Assembly (NCBI RefSeq): GCF_001194135.2
Contig: NC_068982.1
Coordinates: 61,012,838-61,076,837 of the forward strand
Direction of reading: 5' to 3'
Source of the DNA: Octopus bimaculoides
Lineage: Eukaryota
DNA length: 64,000 nt
A model generated the notes under the pieces. It did not search any database. It saw nothing but the letters and a program-made list of their open reading frames with translations, and had not been told where the DNA came from. Of this stretch, positions 49,720 through 63,204 are shown piece by piece. A program made the position numbers and the translations under genes. Position 1 is the first letter of the stretch, and each line of letters begins with the position of its first letter.

Positions 49720-51454
49720 GTCGACCTCAACAGAATTTGAACTCAGAATGTGAAAAAGGACAAAGTACCACAAAGCGTTTAGTCTGGTGTGCTAACAATT
49801 CTGCCAGCTTGCTGCCTTAATANNNNNNNNNNNNNNNNNNNNNNNNNNNNNNNNNNNNNNNNNNNNNNNNNNNNNNNNNNNNNNNNNNNNNNNNNNNNNN
49901 NNNNNNNNNNNNNNNNNNNNNNNNNNNNNNNNNNNNNNNNNNNNNNNNAAAATCATGTACTTATTCTAGTGGTATCTTTTGCTGCCAAATCGCTGAATTA
50001 TAGGGATGTAAACAAACCAACACCAGTTGTCAAGTAGTGACAGATGGGACAAACACAAAGACGCACACAAGCACAGAGACTCATTGATTCCTTGCAATAA
50101 GAACTTGTATTCAAGAATCATTTCAGTATTACAAATGCTTAAGAAAATAAGTTGAATTGTTACTTTGTTAAGTTAAGAAAATAATCTTCATGTTCCTTAT
50201 GTTATGGGAGTTTTTTTTCATAAAGTTACTTTCCAAATGCTTACCAAAAATGTTTTATATGAAAAGTGGAAACAAAAGTCAATACAAGAATATTCAACGC
50301 AAAGAAATCTTTTGATTAAGCACAATGTCACAGAAACAAAAATAAGTAGATGGACGAGATGCGCAAGAAGGAAAATATAAACAATTATCTGTGAATGGAC
50401 TACACCTTCCACCCCCAAGTGCTTTGAAAGTAATAATATTTACCAATTTGATATTGATGATAATGATGATAATGATGATAATAATAGCAATGGTTTCAAA
50501 TTTTGGCACAAGGTCAGCATTGTCTGAGGGAGAGGAAGTTAATTACATTGACCCCATTGCTCAACTGGTACCTATTTTATCAACCCTGAAAGGATGAAAA
50601 GTAAAGTCAGCCTTGACAGAATTTGAACTCAGAATGTAAGGACGGACAAAATGCTTAGCAGTATTTTGTCCGGTGTGCTAACAATTCTGCCAGTATGCCA
50701 CCTTAACAGCAACAGCAGCAGCAACAACAATAACATGTTTCATTCAAACTTGCCTGAATTTCTTCAGTGAAGAAAATGTAAAATGTTTTTGATACTGCAA
50801 GGTAAATAGCTAAGATGCATTTATTTTTGTAAACTTCTCCAAAATTTTTTCAGTTATGGAACGAATTAGTAATGAGAGAATTAGAAAGTTGAAATAAAAA
50901 CTTTCACCTTGCAATGAGGCAATGGTACTTTTTTTAGCTGCATTGTATAACCACTTAGAAAATGAGGTAAGATAGTTTTCTGAGAACATCAAATGTAAAA
51001 CTGTCAGAACGCTTGTCAGACATCACTTTGTCAAATGATATTAAATACTTGAAGTGAGCTTTATTTTCATTCCGCTGTTGTTGCTTTGGAGGCATCCACC
51101 CCTACATCCATGTTTTTGGAAACAGCTGTGAGTACCAAATATTTCCATACGCTCACAGAGACATCCATTTTTAGCAGGGCAACTATCAGTGAGTGAATTC
51201 CAGTGTAGAATGCTAATTTTAGTTTTCATAGCCAGAATATTAAAGGTGGTTTGTCTAGTTATCAAGCAGACAAACACACTTCTTAGGTGTTTATTCAAAT
51301 GGAATTTTTCTGTCAGCTGTTTGGTTGTTATTCGGAAATAAACAGAACATTTCTTACTCTTGCTCATTAGAACAGAAATTAGCAAACTGTTAATAAATCA
51401 AGACAGTTCTCTACCATTATAAAGAAAGCAAATTTGGAATGCACTTTCATGTTT

Positions 51455-51920
51455 TCATTATCATTAAACATCTGTTTCCATGCTGGTATGGGTTGGACGG
51501 TTTGACAGGAGCTGCCCAGGCTCCATGTCTGTTTTGTCATGATTTCTATGGCTGGATACCCTTCCTAATGCCAACCACTTTACAGAGAGTATAGGGTGCT
51601 TTTACACAACACTGGCAAGGGTACATTTATGTGGCACCAGTATGGATGCTCTTTAGGTGACACCAGCACCCACAAACCCACAGGATTAGGATCGCTCAGC
51701 TGGAGAGGGATGCAAGTAACCATGTTTTTACTTAGCTTGACATGTGTTCTCAAGCGCAGCAAACCGCCAGGAGTTTTGGTCCCTTGTGAGGCCTAACATC
51801 TGAAGACCCTTTCTCCCAACTTTGTCCCACATCTTCCTGGGTCTACTCCTTTCACATGTTCCTTCCACAATTAGAGATTGGCACCTCTTGATGCAACTGT
51901 CTTCATTCATATGCATTAAA
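51455..51920 (-). mobile_element. RTE LINE 3' end, minus strand
   Basis: ORF 51728-51946 contains MNEDSCIKRCQSLIVEGTCERSRPRKMWD...QNSWRFAALENTCQAK*, followed by the tail. Confidence 0.85.
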
Positions 51921-52029
51921 CTCATAATCTTTCCTGCTATGGGCACAATGCCTGAAATCTTATTTCATTGACCCCAAAAGAATGAAAGGCAAAGTTGACC
52001 TCAGCAGAACTTGATCTCAGATTCAGTTT

Positions 52030-52600
52030 CATTTAATCCTTTTGTTAATCTACTGGAGACTCCCTCTGGTTCTTTGACACTAACTTACTGTTTCAAAGTG
52101 ACCTAAATTAAAATCTTTGACCAAAATTCAAATTGATTTATGTTCCAAATACTAGCTTCATAAAATAGGCACATGGCTCAGTGGTTAGAGAATCAGGCTA
52201 ACAGTCATGAAGTAGTGAGTTTAATTTCTGGACTGAGCTGTGTGCTGTGTTCTTGAGCAAGAAACTTTATTTCATGTTGCTCCAGTTCATTCAGCTGTAG
52301 AAATGAGTTGCGACATCACTGGTGCCAAGCTGTATCAGCCTTTACCTTTCCCTTGGATAACATTGGCAGCATGGAGGTGGGAGGCTGGTATGCATGGGTG
52401 ACTGCTGGTCTTCCACAAACAACCTTGCCCAGACTTGTACCTTGGAGGGGAACTTTCTAGGTGCAATTCCATGGTCATTCATGACCAAAAGGGATCTTTA
52501 CTAGCTACATAACGATAAAGTTATTTTACTAAATTCTTCCTTAGTTTCAAAATTAATTGAAACAAAAATCACATATATAACAAAATGGCTAAATATATTT
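52030..52600. mobile_element. TTAA-ended MITE split by a SINE (52168-52500)
   Basis: Halves at 52030-52165 and 52500-52600 match the reverse complement of the 62117-62345 MITE. Confidence 0.6.
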
Positions 52601-53626
52601 CTTGTTGCTTTTTCAGTATATTTTTACCATTGGAAAAAAATAATAATTATGTGTACACATGTACAACATTGGCAACCCATTCATACAATTGGTTATTTTT
52701 GTAAGAAGTTTCTCTATATGTTGGTTGCAATGAGTAATTCTTGCAATGATTTTATTCTACAAGGTGTAACTAGTTAAAAGAAGGCCTCGGAAGAATAACA
52801 GGTGTTACTGTGTTGGAAATGACTTCAAAGATCCAGTGTTAGGGTGACACAGTAGCACTCACAGTAATAAATGCACCTAACACTTCATTTCATTTGTTAT
52901 GTACTTGTTGGCACTAACAAGAGCATTGAAGCAGAACAAATAATTCTAAGGACATTGCTGTTTGGAAGTAATTACATCATGCTTAAAGTACATCCATTCA
53001 TAAACAAGCCCTTTCTATAAAACAGCAAGGGGTCTCCTAATTTCTGGAGTACTTAAACACTTCAGGGTTGATAAGTAGTTTTAAACAAGCTCAGTCTTGT
53101 ATTTGAGAAACAGCATCTCACCAGAAAAGAGCCTTTTGATGTACAGCAGAACCTAGCTGGACTAAATTTTTGGTTAAATGATAATGTGCAAATTTTATTT
53201 ATAAATACTGGTGACTGTAGACATAGAATCAGCTGGACATAAAAATTTCTATTGAGAGTTGATCAACAATAAGCTAGAAAGAAAGACTAGAAAAATATAG
53301 AACAGAGATGGAGAATAGAACATGAAAGTGAGCAGATAGTAACTAAAAAATACATGCATTAGGTTGACAAGAACAACAACAATACTGTTACACTGAAATA
53401 TTCTTTTACTTGTTTCAATCATTTGACTGTAGCCATGCTGGAGCATTGCTTTAAAGGGTTTTTAGTCAAAGAAATCAACCCTAGGATTTATTCTTTGTAA
53501 GCCTAATACTTAATCTATTGGTCTCTTTTGCCAAGTTACAGAGATGTAAACACACCAACATCAGTTGTCAAGCAATGGTGATGGGGACAAACACTGACTC
53601 CCCCCCCCCATATATATATATATATA

Positions 53627-53881
53627 TTTGAAGAAAAGCAACAAAAATGCATTAGGTTATAGCAGTACGTACGTTTCGTACAAACTTCATTTATTTATGT
53701 AGTGAGAACACCACATAAGATGTGCAATGAAAATGTACTCCTCAGCTGCATAATGGAAGTTCATGAAGAGTACATTTTCATTGCACATCTTATGTGGTGT
53801 TCTCACTACATAAATAAATGAAGTTTGTACGAAATGTACGTACTACTATAACCTAATGCATTTTTGTTGCTTTTCTTCAAA
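53627..53881. repeat. 118-bp inverted repeat with 19-nt spacer
   Basis: Arms at 53627-53744 and 53764-53881 are reverse complements with 3 differences. Confidence 0.95.
53657..53753 (-). ncRNA. Minimal type I hammerhead ribozyme, intact core
   Basis: Minus strand: ttatGCAG-CTGAGGA-GTACA-(51 nt)-TGTAC-GAAA-CGTACG-TA-CTGCtataa. All core nucleotides are present, with a G-C closure of stem II, a palindromic stem III (ACGTACGT) and a GUA cleavage triplet. Confidence 0.75.
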
Positions 53882-53985
53882 TTTTATTCACCAATTCTCT
53901 TGATTTTGCTTTTGCTTTTTACCCTACCAAATTCTGGTGCCTCAAACATTTTACGTACCACATTTAATCTTTTGATTAAATCTAT

Positions 53986-54032
<47 letters not shown>

Positions 54033-56895
54033 AATACATACATACATACATACATACATACAATGGGCTTCTCTTAGTTTATGTCTACTAAATCCACTCA
54101 CAAGGCTTTGTTCAGCCCAACGCTATAGCAGAAAACACTTGCCCAAGGTGCCACACAGTGGGACTGAACCCAGAACCATGTGGTCGGGAAGCAAGCCTCT
54201 TACCACACAGCCACACCTGCACCTATTCTATAAATTATTGCCCATTTAGTAGGCTATGAAATTCACATTCTCTCAATTTCTTGTAGTTCAGACTGCCACA
54301 TGGTCCCAGAGGCCAAAATGGAAAAGCTGATGCTTAGGAGGATGGTGAGGGGGATGTGCAAGAACAGCCACTCTGACTTATGAGGCTTGCACTTACGGAT
54401 AACCATCTTTGCCCCTATAGTGACGAGCAGGGATATGGTCTGGGGTCTGAGAATGCCAGAGGTCCCCAAATACACTTATGTATGAGCGAGTGAGTGAGTG
54501 TGGCAGAGAGAGGCTTCATTCCAATACATAAAAATTTTCTTTGGTCACCCATGTAGAATTAAAGTACTTTGTTATTGATTCGAAAATAACAAAATAATTT
54601 TATACCAGGAAACAGTGTTGTTTCAAATTATCTCAAAGAATATAATAGCACGACTAAGGTTAACAGTTTACTCCTCTGAAAGTTGGTTGACTTTTAGAAA
54701 ATCTTGTTTTTGTGTGGAAATTAATCATCCATAAGTATATGTTTCACTATTCTTCATTGACAAAGGAGGTCTACTAATGTTGAAGAATATATTAAATTGT
54801 CCCCATACTTAGCAAAGATTAGTGTCCCTAACCCACTGCATATCCCCATTTAATTTCTAATCATTTTAAATTACAGAATTTTCCTATTTGCCTTCCCTAT
54901 AAAAATTGTCATTAATGTTGATAATTTTTCTTCTCATAACAAATATATTTCAGTTGGTTAAAAATTCACTCACTACTTCATTAACTAATACTTAATTATA
55001 TCTTGGATTGCTTGTATTTAATCTTACAAGAATGTTTACATCTTGCTCATTCTGTTCATCTAAATAAATAGGAAGAAATATTTCATGTCCACGACTCACA
55101 ATGACTCTGCAACTCTTTTATATCTCAGTAAGATGCCAGCAAATTTAGATGAAATATGTTTTTGTAATTCAGTAATTATTGGATAAGTACCACTGAATAT
55201 GTAGTGTGTGTGTGTGTGTGCATGCACGCACGTACATGTGTGTGTGTATGTATACATGTGTGAGGTATGTATGTATGTATGTATAAAGGTGTGAGGTAGA
55301 CTGAGGTGAATAATGTCAAATAGTATAGTAACAATAATTGGTTGATATGAATAATGTGACTGAAGGGATTATATAGCCATAACAAAAATGCTGTTTTTGA
55401 TTAAGCCCCAAGTCAGCCCTGATTGATTAGATCTATGATCAGAGGTTTTCCAGCTACAAAGTTCCTGCCTTTTATCAGACATAATACTTGTAAATACTGA
55501 ATTATTTAATGTATCCTCCCATATTAAAAGAGATTGGTGTGTGATTTGAGATTTGGTAGCTGTTTTTAGCAGGCTGAGTGATCACATAGAGACTCAGTTC
55601 TCAGGTTGAAATAAACAATGTTGAGATAGTAGTTCAAAGGTAAGGTGCCAAAGATGGATATGGAGATTGGAATGGTCTCAAGTATAAGAGCAGAAAAAAG
55701 AAATTTTGAAATATCTGTGATAATAAAAATTTTCATAGTTTGCTGACCTTTAATATATATAAACTTGAATATCCTATTGTTTGCATTTTATATTTTCCCT
55801 ATTTTGACATTTTGGACATAAACAGAAATAAAACAAAACAAAAATAATAACAATAACAATGATAATAATAATATTAATAAAAGTGAAAAACAGAAGGATT
55901 CAAATGCAATTCTTTAAATAAAAAAAAAAAAAAANNNNNNNNNNAAAAAAAAAAAAAAAAAAAACAGGCTCAGCTTGGTTTACAATGAAACTTACCAGGA
56001 AAAAAATATTGTGTTTTTGTACTAAACCAGACAGATTTTAGTTACATACAAAATATTTCCCTTAATTACTGTATGAATTTATTTTCTTCACATATTTTAA
56101 GTTGAAAAGGAAATTGCAAATCTTTATTAATTTGAGCTAAAAGACATCTCTAAATCAACTGTGTATGTACATGTATATTTCTATACACAAAACCATTGTA
56201 TACATATTTACACGAATGCATACATACATAAAATCAAAGCAAGATGGAAAGAAAGTGGGTGTACAGGAAATGTATCATATCCTTGTATGCTTTTGTGCAG
56301 ATATTAGCTATGTGAATGGGTTTCAGGTGTCTACATAAAGAGCAACTATGAAAATAGACTGTAATTCAGCAGTAGACTGACACTTAGACTAATAGCAATT
56401 TGAAAGAATCAACTCTTACATTTGAGAACTTGATAGAACGAAAAGATATTTTTCGTTAATAAATCATAATTTCATGTTAGGTTCTTTTGAAACAATTCCA
56501 GCCAGCTTCCCAATTCAACCATTAACACAAGATACATTTGCCTTACTTTAGCTGGCCTCACATGAATATTAAGCTTATCCATCTACAATTTCTTCTTTCT
56601 ACTGTTTATAAGATGCTATCATATGCCACCATCAATTGTTTCACTCATTGTACGGATGGGAAGAATTTTGCAATCCTAATTCAGATTGGACTGGATTAGT
56701 TCCAATAAAGGGAGTTTTGTCTTACAACATCTATCTCTTCCAATAAGCTTCAATCACAGTCATTGTGAACTCAACTCCTCTGATTGCTTATACAAGTAAT
56801 AACAAACTGTACACCACTCACAATTTAGCTGGTTCTTGTAAAAGAATATTATCATTGTATCAGTGTGTTCATTCTATCATTGCTTGACATACATA

Positions 56896-56935
<40 letters not shown>

Positions 56936-59214
56936 TTACTCATATTTTTTAACAGAGACAAAAAGAAACTGCAGAAGCATCTTCTTAAGTAAGCAAACTG
57001 TTACCACTGAAAACTAAGATCTGATATGGTATTTCATATAATACTATCATTAAGTTGATATGATGGAAGGAAGAAATATATATGTATCAGTTTCACATAA
57101 TCATAAATGGCAACTGATTGAAGTAGCAGAGAACTTGGCTCCATCTGATTAAGTAGTTGAGGCTTAACTCCTTCATATTCACCAATAGGTTTAATACCTG
57201 AGCTTTATGTATGGGTTAGACAGATCTGCCTAGCTACAACGCTTATCACAGTAATAGTTCAAGAAAAAACTAACTAGGCACTTCCTAACCTTAGGTAAGC
57301 ATATCATCATAGTCTTTTAACATCCATGTTCCATGTTGGCATGATTAAATTAAATACATTTGATGACTTAGTTGTATTGATTTTCTTACGCCTTAAATCT
57401 GTAGAAAAATTTAGATAAATTCTATGACAAATTCATTACTATGTTGATGTGTATCTAGATATGAACAGACTTCAATAAAACTGAATGTTTTTTTTTTCTC
57501 CAGCCACTTTAATTTTCTTAGTGAATCCAATGAATTTAAATAGATCTTTTGGGATAGTATAAATTACAGTTATGTTTGTTCATTTGTAATCAATGTATCA
57601 ACCTTCTATTGTTAAAGAAATTACCCTTAATTCTTAGTGAATTTAGCATTAAAGTATACATTCCATGCACACATACATATATGTAGCATGAATTTTTAGC
57701 TTAATCTGATCAATCTCAATGTTTGCTTTTCGTTCAAACTTCTTTCTATTTCAAAGCTCTTCACTATTCTTCAAATTAGCTGAAACTCACAAGGTGGACT
57801 CAAAAGGTGTTCAAAGAGAGATTATATAAAAGTAAAGAATGGTATTATCATCATCTTGTACAGCAAGTCAGAGCCCAACAACAGGAAATATGTCACACTC
57901 TATAAATTAAAACTTCCTGATTCATACTGAATCCTTTCCGGAATGCTTTCAACTCTCCCAGTTATTTTGGATTGCTTAAGAGAACTTGGCAACTTACAGA
58001 CAAAAATCTTTAAGGGTATATTGTTTTCACAGTTTTCTTTTTTTCTCTTTTGGCAAATGTAAAGGGTTGTATATAGGTAAAAATGACATATATCCAGTTT
58101 TCATTTTTCTTTCTTTTTTTTTTAGAACAGTTTAAGCATTCTTTCACAAGAAAATAAAATTATAGTAAAATTCTTGAAAAACTTAGGAAATTTGCCAAAA
58201 AGATATTTCTCATGGTTCTAGAAACTTCCAGGAAACTTGCCCTTTTTGTGTTTAAGGATGTGTATTTTTTATGTTTATATTAATGGTTCTGTGATGACGC
58301 CAAATACCAATAATGCCTCCAGTGGCAGAAAATTATGAGAGTTCTGGTTTAGATATTGTTATTAAGAAGATATCTAATGGAAGCTAGTCAGAATCTTCAT
58401 AATGGTTATACCAAAAATTGGTTCTCTTTATTTTTTTAACTGTGTAAATGATGTTTCACTGAATTCTGTAGAGTAGAAGGCAAGCTCTTAGCAAATTAAA
58501 TCTATCATCCTATTTTGATTTTTGAGTTGTAATTTCAGTTCTTTTGCATTGCAAATAATCATGGAAAAGACATAAACACAACAACCCCTAGCAGCAATTG
58601 ATAGAAACTTCTAATTATAAAAAAGTTAGCAATGCTATTCTTTTCTTCATGCTTATGCAAGGTATATAAATTACAGAATGATGGAAATAAAGTTCAAGTA
58701 TTTTTAACTAAACTTTACTCAATACATAATTCAGGTGAAGTATTAAAAATATTAAACTTTTACTACTATAACCAATTTGATGATGTAAAACTTTAATATT
58801 TCACTTAGTGCTCAGACACATTCCACAAAATGCAGCATTAAACAAAATAGTACAATAGGGAGTCATTATAACACAGCACATATATATAGATACATGAGCT
58901 TGAGAGGCTATTTTTAACAGAGACAGAAACACAAATTAAGGTGATAAACATCAATAGCTTAATAACCTAAGGTAACCTTGCACAATGTGATGTAACATGT
59001 TGTAATACAAAGTTATGATGAAATTAGAAAACAAGTTTAATTAAGGTCTAATGTTACTATAAAATTAAAATTGTTTAAATAAATAAATTTAATTACAAGT
59101 GCATAAGTTTAGAAACCATTAAATCAGTTGAAAAGCTGCATTGCAAAATAGGAGATGCTATATTTGGAATGAGGGTCCAGGCTGTAGCTCTTTCTTGCAC
59201 ATAGGATACTTTTC

Positions 59215-60720
59215 AAAGAATGCATCTAATGCCATCTATGTTTTCTCCTGAAGCAGTTCACATTAACACGATCACATGTCCAGAACGCATCTCTCTGCCT
59301 TGGGTCATTCTCAGTGAGCTGGTTCACAATTTCTGTAATCTTTGTGATGCTGTTATTGAGGAATTCAGATATAAGAATTTTTTCTGGTGTTACCGACTCT
59401 ACAATAAGATCTTTTGGGTTTACTTTAGATGTGTTGTTGTTCTAACTACTGAGGCTCTGCCATAGCTAAACTCTTGCCATTAACTCCACAAAATCTTCAG
59501 TTTTGGACTTTTGCATTCTCCCTTCATTAGCATTTTGCATCCTCCCTCCAGTTATCATTAAAAATTTTCCTTCATAAAATTCTGAGAAATCATTTCATGG
59601 CTCTCGACATATTACAGATTCTTTTCATGTCACTTTTGATAACTTCATCCTAGATTGCTCTGCTATTCTCTCTGGCCTTCATGATATGGGGTTTTCCAAA
59701 AGTTCCTGATAGATTGTTTATCCTATTTATCCAAAAGTTCCTAATACTTGTTTGAAAATGCAACAATGGTAGCAGGCTTTGATATTAGAACTTATACCCT
59801 GATTCACTGATTGGAAACAAGAAGTGGTGTTTGATAGTAGGTAACCACTTTAACAGGAATGCAGATCTGCTTTAGGTTCAAGGTCATATTTCTCATAAAA
59901 CTTTTCACTGCTGGGTACAAACCTTATATAAAAATTTCTATTATACTTCAAACTTCTTTGTTTAATTTCTAAATCACAGGCAGATATATGTTTTTGATAT
60001 TCTTTCATTGGTTGTGATGCTTCTAAATAATAAACAAGCTTGAAATCTGAAGTGTTACCACCATATAAAAGTATTAAGTTGTTTTTCCTGGTCTCAAGCC
60101 CAGAACCTTTTCTTCTTCTCTCCCTTTATTTCTCCTGGGAGATGAAAGTGATGGATAGCATTCTTTTTCAGTAAAACCCATTTCATCTGCATTGAATACA
60201 AGTTGAAGAGTGTAATCATGCTCAGTGATACTCTTAAGAACCTGGAACACTCTTTGGTTAACTGGTTGTCTGTACTTGCAGCTTCACCAGAGATATGGAT
60301 GGTGTACAGGTTATGCTACCATTTGAATCTATCAAACCAACCTCTATTAGCAGTGAATGCTTTGGATTCATCATCTTGTAAGAGTCTAAAAATGCTCCTT
60401 GCTTATTCCATTATGATAAATTAGCTTAATGGTGTCCATCATCAACCATATAACAAGTATGTATAATTTTCTACCATACACTTACTCATGGAATAAGTTA
60501 CATTCTTTAATGATAATGGTAAGGTCGTTGTGGCAGAAGCTTTTATTTTGAACAAATTTTTCACGATGGTTCTGATCCTTCTCATGGCTTACCTTCAAAA
60601 CACATGACATTTTCCAGATTCCCGTTGTTTTAACACCTGGAATTTTACATCCAGTATGATGCTTTTTTTCAGCACCTTAAACAAACCTTCAGCTATTCTA
60701 GTTGCAGGCTGTTTCTACTG
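59215..60720 (-). pseudogene. Tigger/pogo-type transposase fossil
   Basis: Minus-strand fragments KKSIILDVKFQVLKQRESGK (N-terminal HTH), AFTANRGWFDRFKW*HNLYTIHISGEAASTD (CENP-B-type HTH) and YTLQLVFNADEMG (first catalytic D). Many stops and frameshifts; TIRs not identified. Confidence 0.85.
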
Positions 60721-61139
60721 AGTGTATGCCACAATATGCATGAATATATATGATAGTTTCTATGTTCTTTCATAATTTAATTTTCTAGCAAAACACTTTT
60801 ACCTTCAATTTTACTTTCATGGAGCAGCAGACAGTAGGACAGTAAGGAAGGTATTCCAGTTTCTTGTTATTTATTTACTATTTTTCTTTTATCTTTTTTA
60901 ACCTGTTTCAGTCATTGGATTGTGGCCATGCCGGGGCACTGCCATGAAGTGTTTAGTCAAACAACTCAATCCCGGTACTTATTTTTAAAATTTGGTAATT
61001 TTTCTTGTTTATTGCTGAATTGCTAAGTTATCAATACGTAAACAAACCAACATCAACTGTCACTACAAATTTTTTTAACTCACTTCACATTTAAACAATC
61101 TTCACTGTGGAATGAACTTGAACACATGAATCAACAAGT

Positions 61140-61420
61140 GAAGGATGAAAGATGAAGAAAAACAGGAAGTAAGAGAAAGTTTAAGACACAACCAACAGAT
61201 AAGAAGAGCCAACATGACTGAGCATGAGCATGCAGGATGCCTATGATATCAAAGAGAAAGTCAACAGATATGCAAAGAGAATAAGGACAGCAAACAGCTA
61301 GCTCATTCCATGTGACAATAACACAGAGAGAGAAGTTTGACAAAATAACATGAACAAAGAACAGCAGGCAGAATATCAGGAAGAGCTTTAAGAAAAGAAT
61401 CAGATATGATGAAAAACATG
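61140..61420 (+). other. Decayed Arg/Glu/Gln-rich repeat-coding stretch, possibly Helitron N-terminal region
   Basis: MKDEEKQEVRESLRHNQQIRRANMTEHEHAGCL*YQRESQQI resembles RRxNxTxEQRxxRL repeats seen in Helitron ORFs; weak. Confidence 0.25.
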
Positions 61421-62116
61421 AATGATAGAGCATCAGAATTAACATGCTTTTTTTCTTCAATAACCTTAATCTGTTGTTTAACATATTATTATAAAAATCT
61501 TCAACAAGACAAAACAAAATGTATAAATTCATACATCAAAATAAAAGAAAGAAAATTCATAGGATGTACAATTTTCACAAGGCCTGCTAGTTATAATTAT
61601 ATTCTACTGAAGATATATTGTCTCCAAAAATGAAATAAGAAAAAAGAATGAAAAAAAAAAGAAAAAAAGCACAATACTGAATCAGTGCTAAACAAGGTAT
61701 TACTGGAGTCTAACTAAAATTTTAACAACAATTTTCAGAAACTTCAAAAACTTTCCTTTTTTCTTTTGGACACCAATTTTATAGAGTTTGAGGTGAATCT
61801 AGGTGACTCAGTGTAATCTCTTGGCTGGAAACTTAATGGAATGATGATGTGTTGGAGAAATCTTTTATATTACAAAATATTGGTTTCAAATTTTGGCACA
61901 AGGCAAGGAAGTTCAGAAGAGGGTGTCAGATGATTACATCAACCCCAGTCCTCAACTGGTCTTTATTTCATTGACCCCCAAAAGGATGAAAGGCAAAGTT
62001 GACCATGGTGGCATTTGAACTCAGAACATAAAGATGGACGAAATGCCACTAAGCATTTTGCCTGGCATGCTAATGATTCTGCCAATTCACACCATATATA
62101 TTACAAAACTGACAGT

Positions 62117-62345
62117 TTAACCATTTTGTTACCATATTTCTGTTGAGATGCTCTGTGTTTCTTTCAATTAATTTTAAATATAACAAATAATTTAGTAAAA
62201 TAGCTTAGTTATAATGAAGCTAGTGTTAGGAACATAAATTGTGACTAAGGTTTGGTGGAAGATTTTAATTCAAAACTTTTGAAAACAAGACATTTGTACT
62301 TCAGAGCCAGAGGTGATTTCAGGTGGGTTGGTATCAATAGGGTTA
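62117..62345. mobile_element. TTAA-ended (piggyBac-like) MITE
   Basis: ttaaccattttgttacc ... ggtatcaatagggttaa inverted ends. Confidence 0.65.
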
Positions 62346-63204
62346 AGAGGACATAAAATTATGGTTTCTTAAATTTTATTCAGAGAAATATTAACTTCTG
62401 GTCAACATATTTCAATGATTATTGAAAGAGACAAGGAATTTCAGTTATTTGGCAATAAATATTATGCATCACTCATATTTGTTTGTTTGGTCACCTACAT
62501 AATAAGAAGGAGACAAAAAGGTGGCAGTGGTGGTAAATACATGAAAGATATTAAAACATCTATTCAGATTGGTGTGATTAAAGACAAAGAAATTTAGAAT
62601 GTAAAACTAATGAGTGGCTGCAACATGTTATTTAACATCACATGAGAAGAAGATATTATCATTATATAAATATTACAATTTTATAAATGAACAAAATAAG
62701 CAGACTGGATATTAAATTATGAAATTAATAAAGGTGTGCAGGAAAATCAAGCTACATAAAAACAAAAAGAAACAAAACAAAACAAAAAATTATATTAAAG
62801 CAATATAATGTGTAGACAGAATGAACACTAAAAAAGAAACTGTATGAAACACTAAGAGAGCTATTATATATTGCTGTTAGATGGTAAAAAATATGCTTAT
62901 CTCATTTATATTTACATAGTCGTTGTTTTAAATTAAATTGTTTAAGTTAAGTGAAAAAATAACAAAACAAAACAGTGCTTCTGATCCTTTTAAAGGCTTT
63001 CAAGGCTAATGAGAGACCAGCACTAAAGGCATCTAAGAGCCAGATGGTGGTATTGAAGTGAGTGGTGGATCAAGCCAACCACCTTAGAACTGAACATCCA
63101 CTCTGAGGAGCTTCTACACAGCTTTGGTTAACCTGAAGCTGTGATAGAAGACATTTTCTCAATGTTCCACATAATGGTATCAAACCCAAACTCACATTGT
63201 TGCT

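Larger units (their letters stand above)
53405..54223 (-). mobile_element. Composite SINE carrying a nested fold-back insertion in its internal microsatellite
   Basis: Tail at 53405-53600 and head at 54060-54223 flank 53627-~53990. Confidence 0.8.

Noticed and set aside
58291-58350. GTGATGA, a C-box-like motif
   Set aside because: No D box (CTGA) or terminal stem at a suitable distance; not called as a snoRNA.
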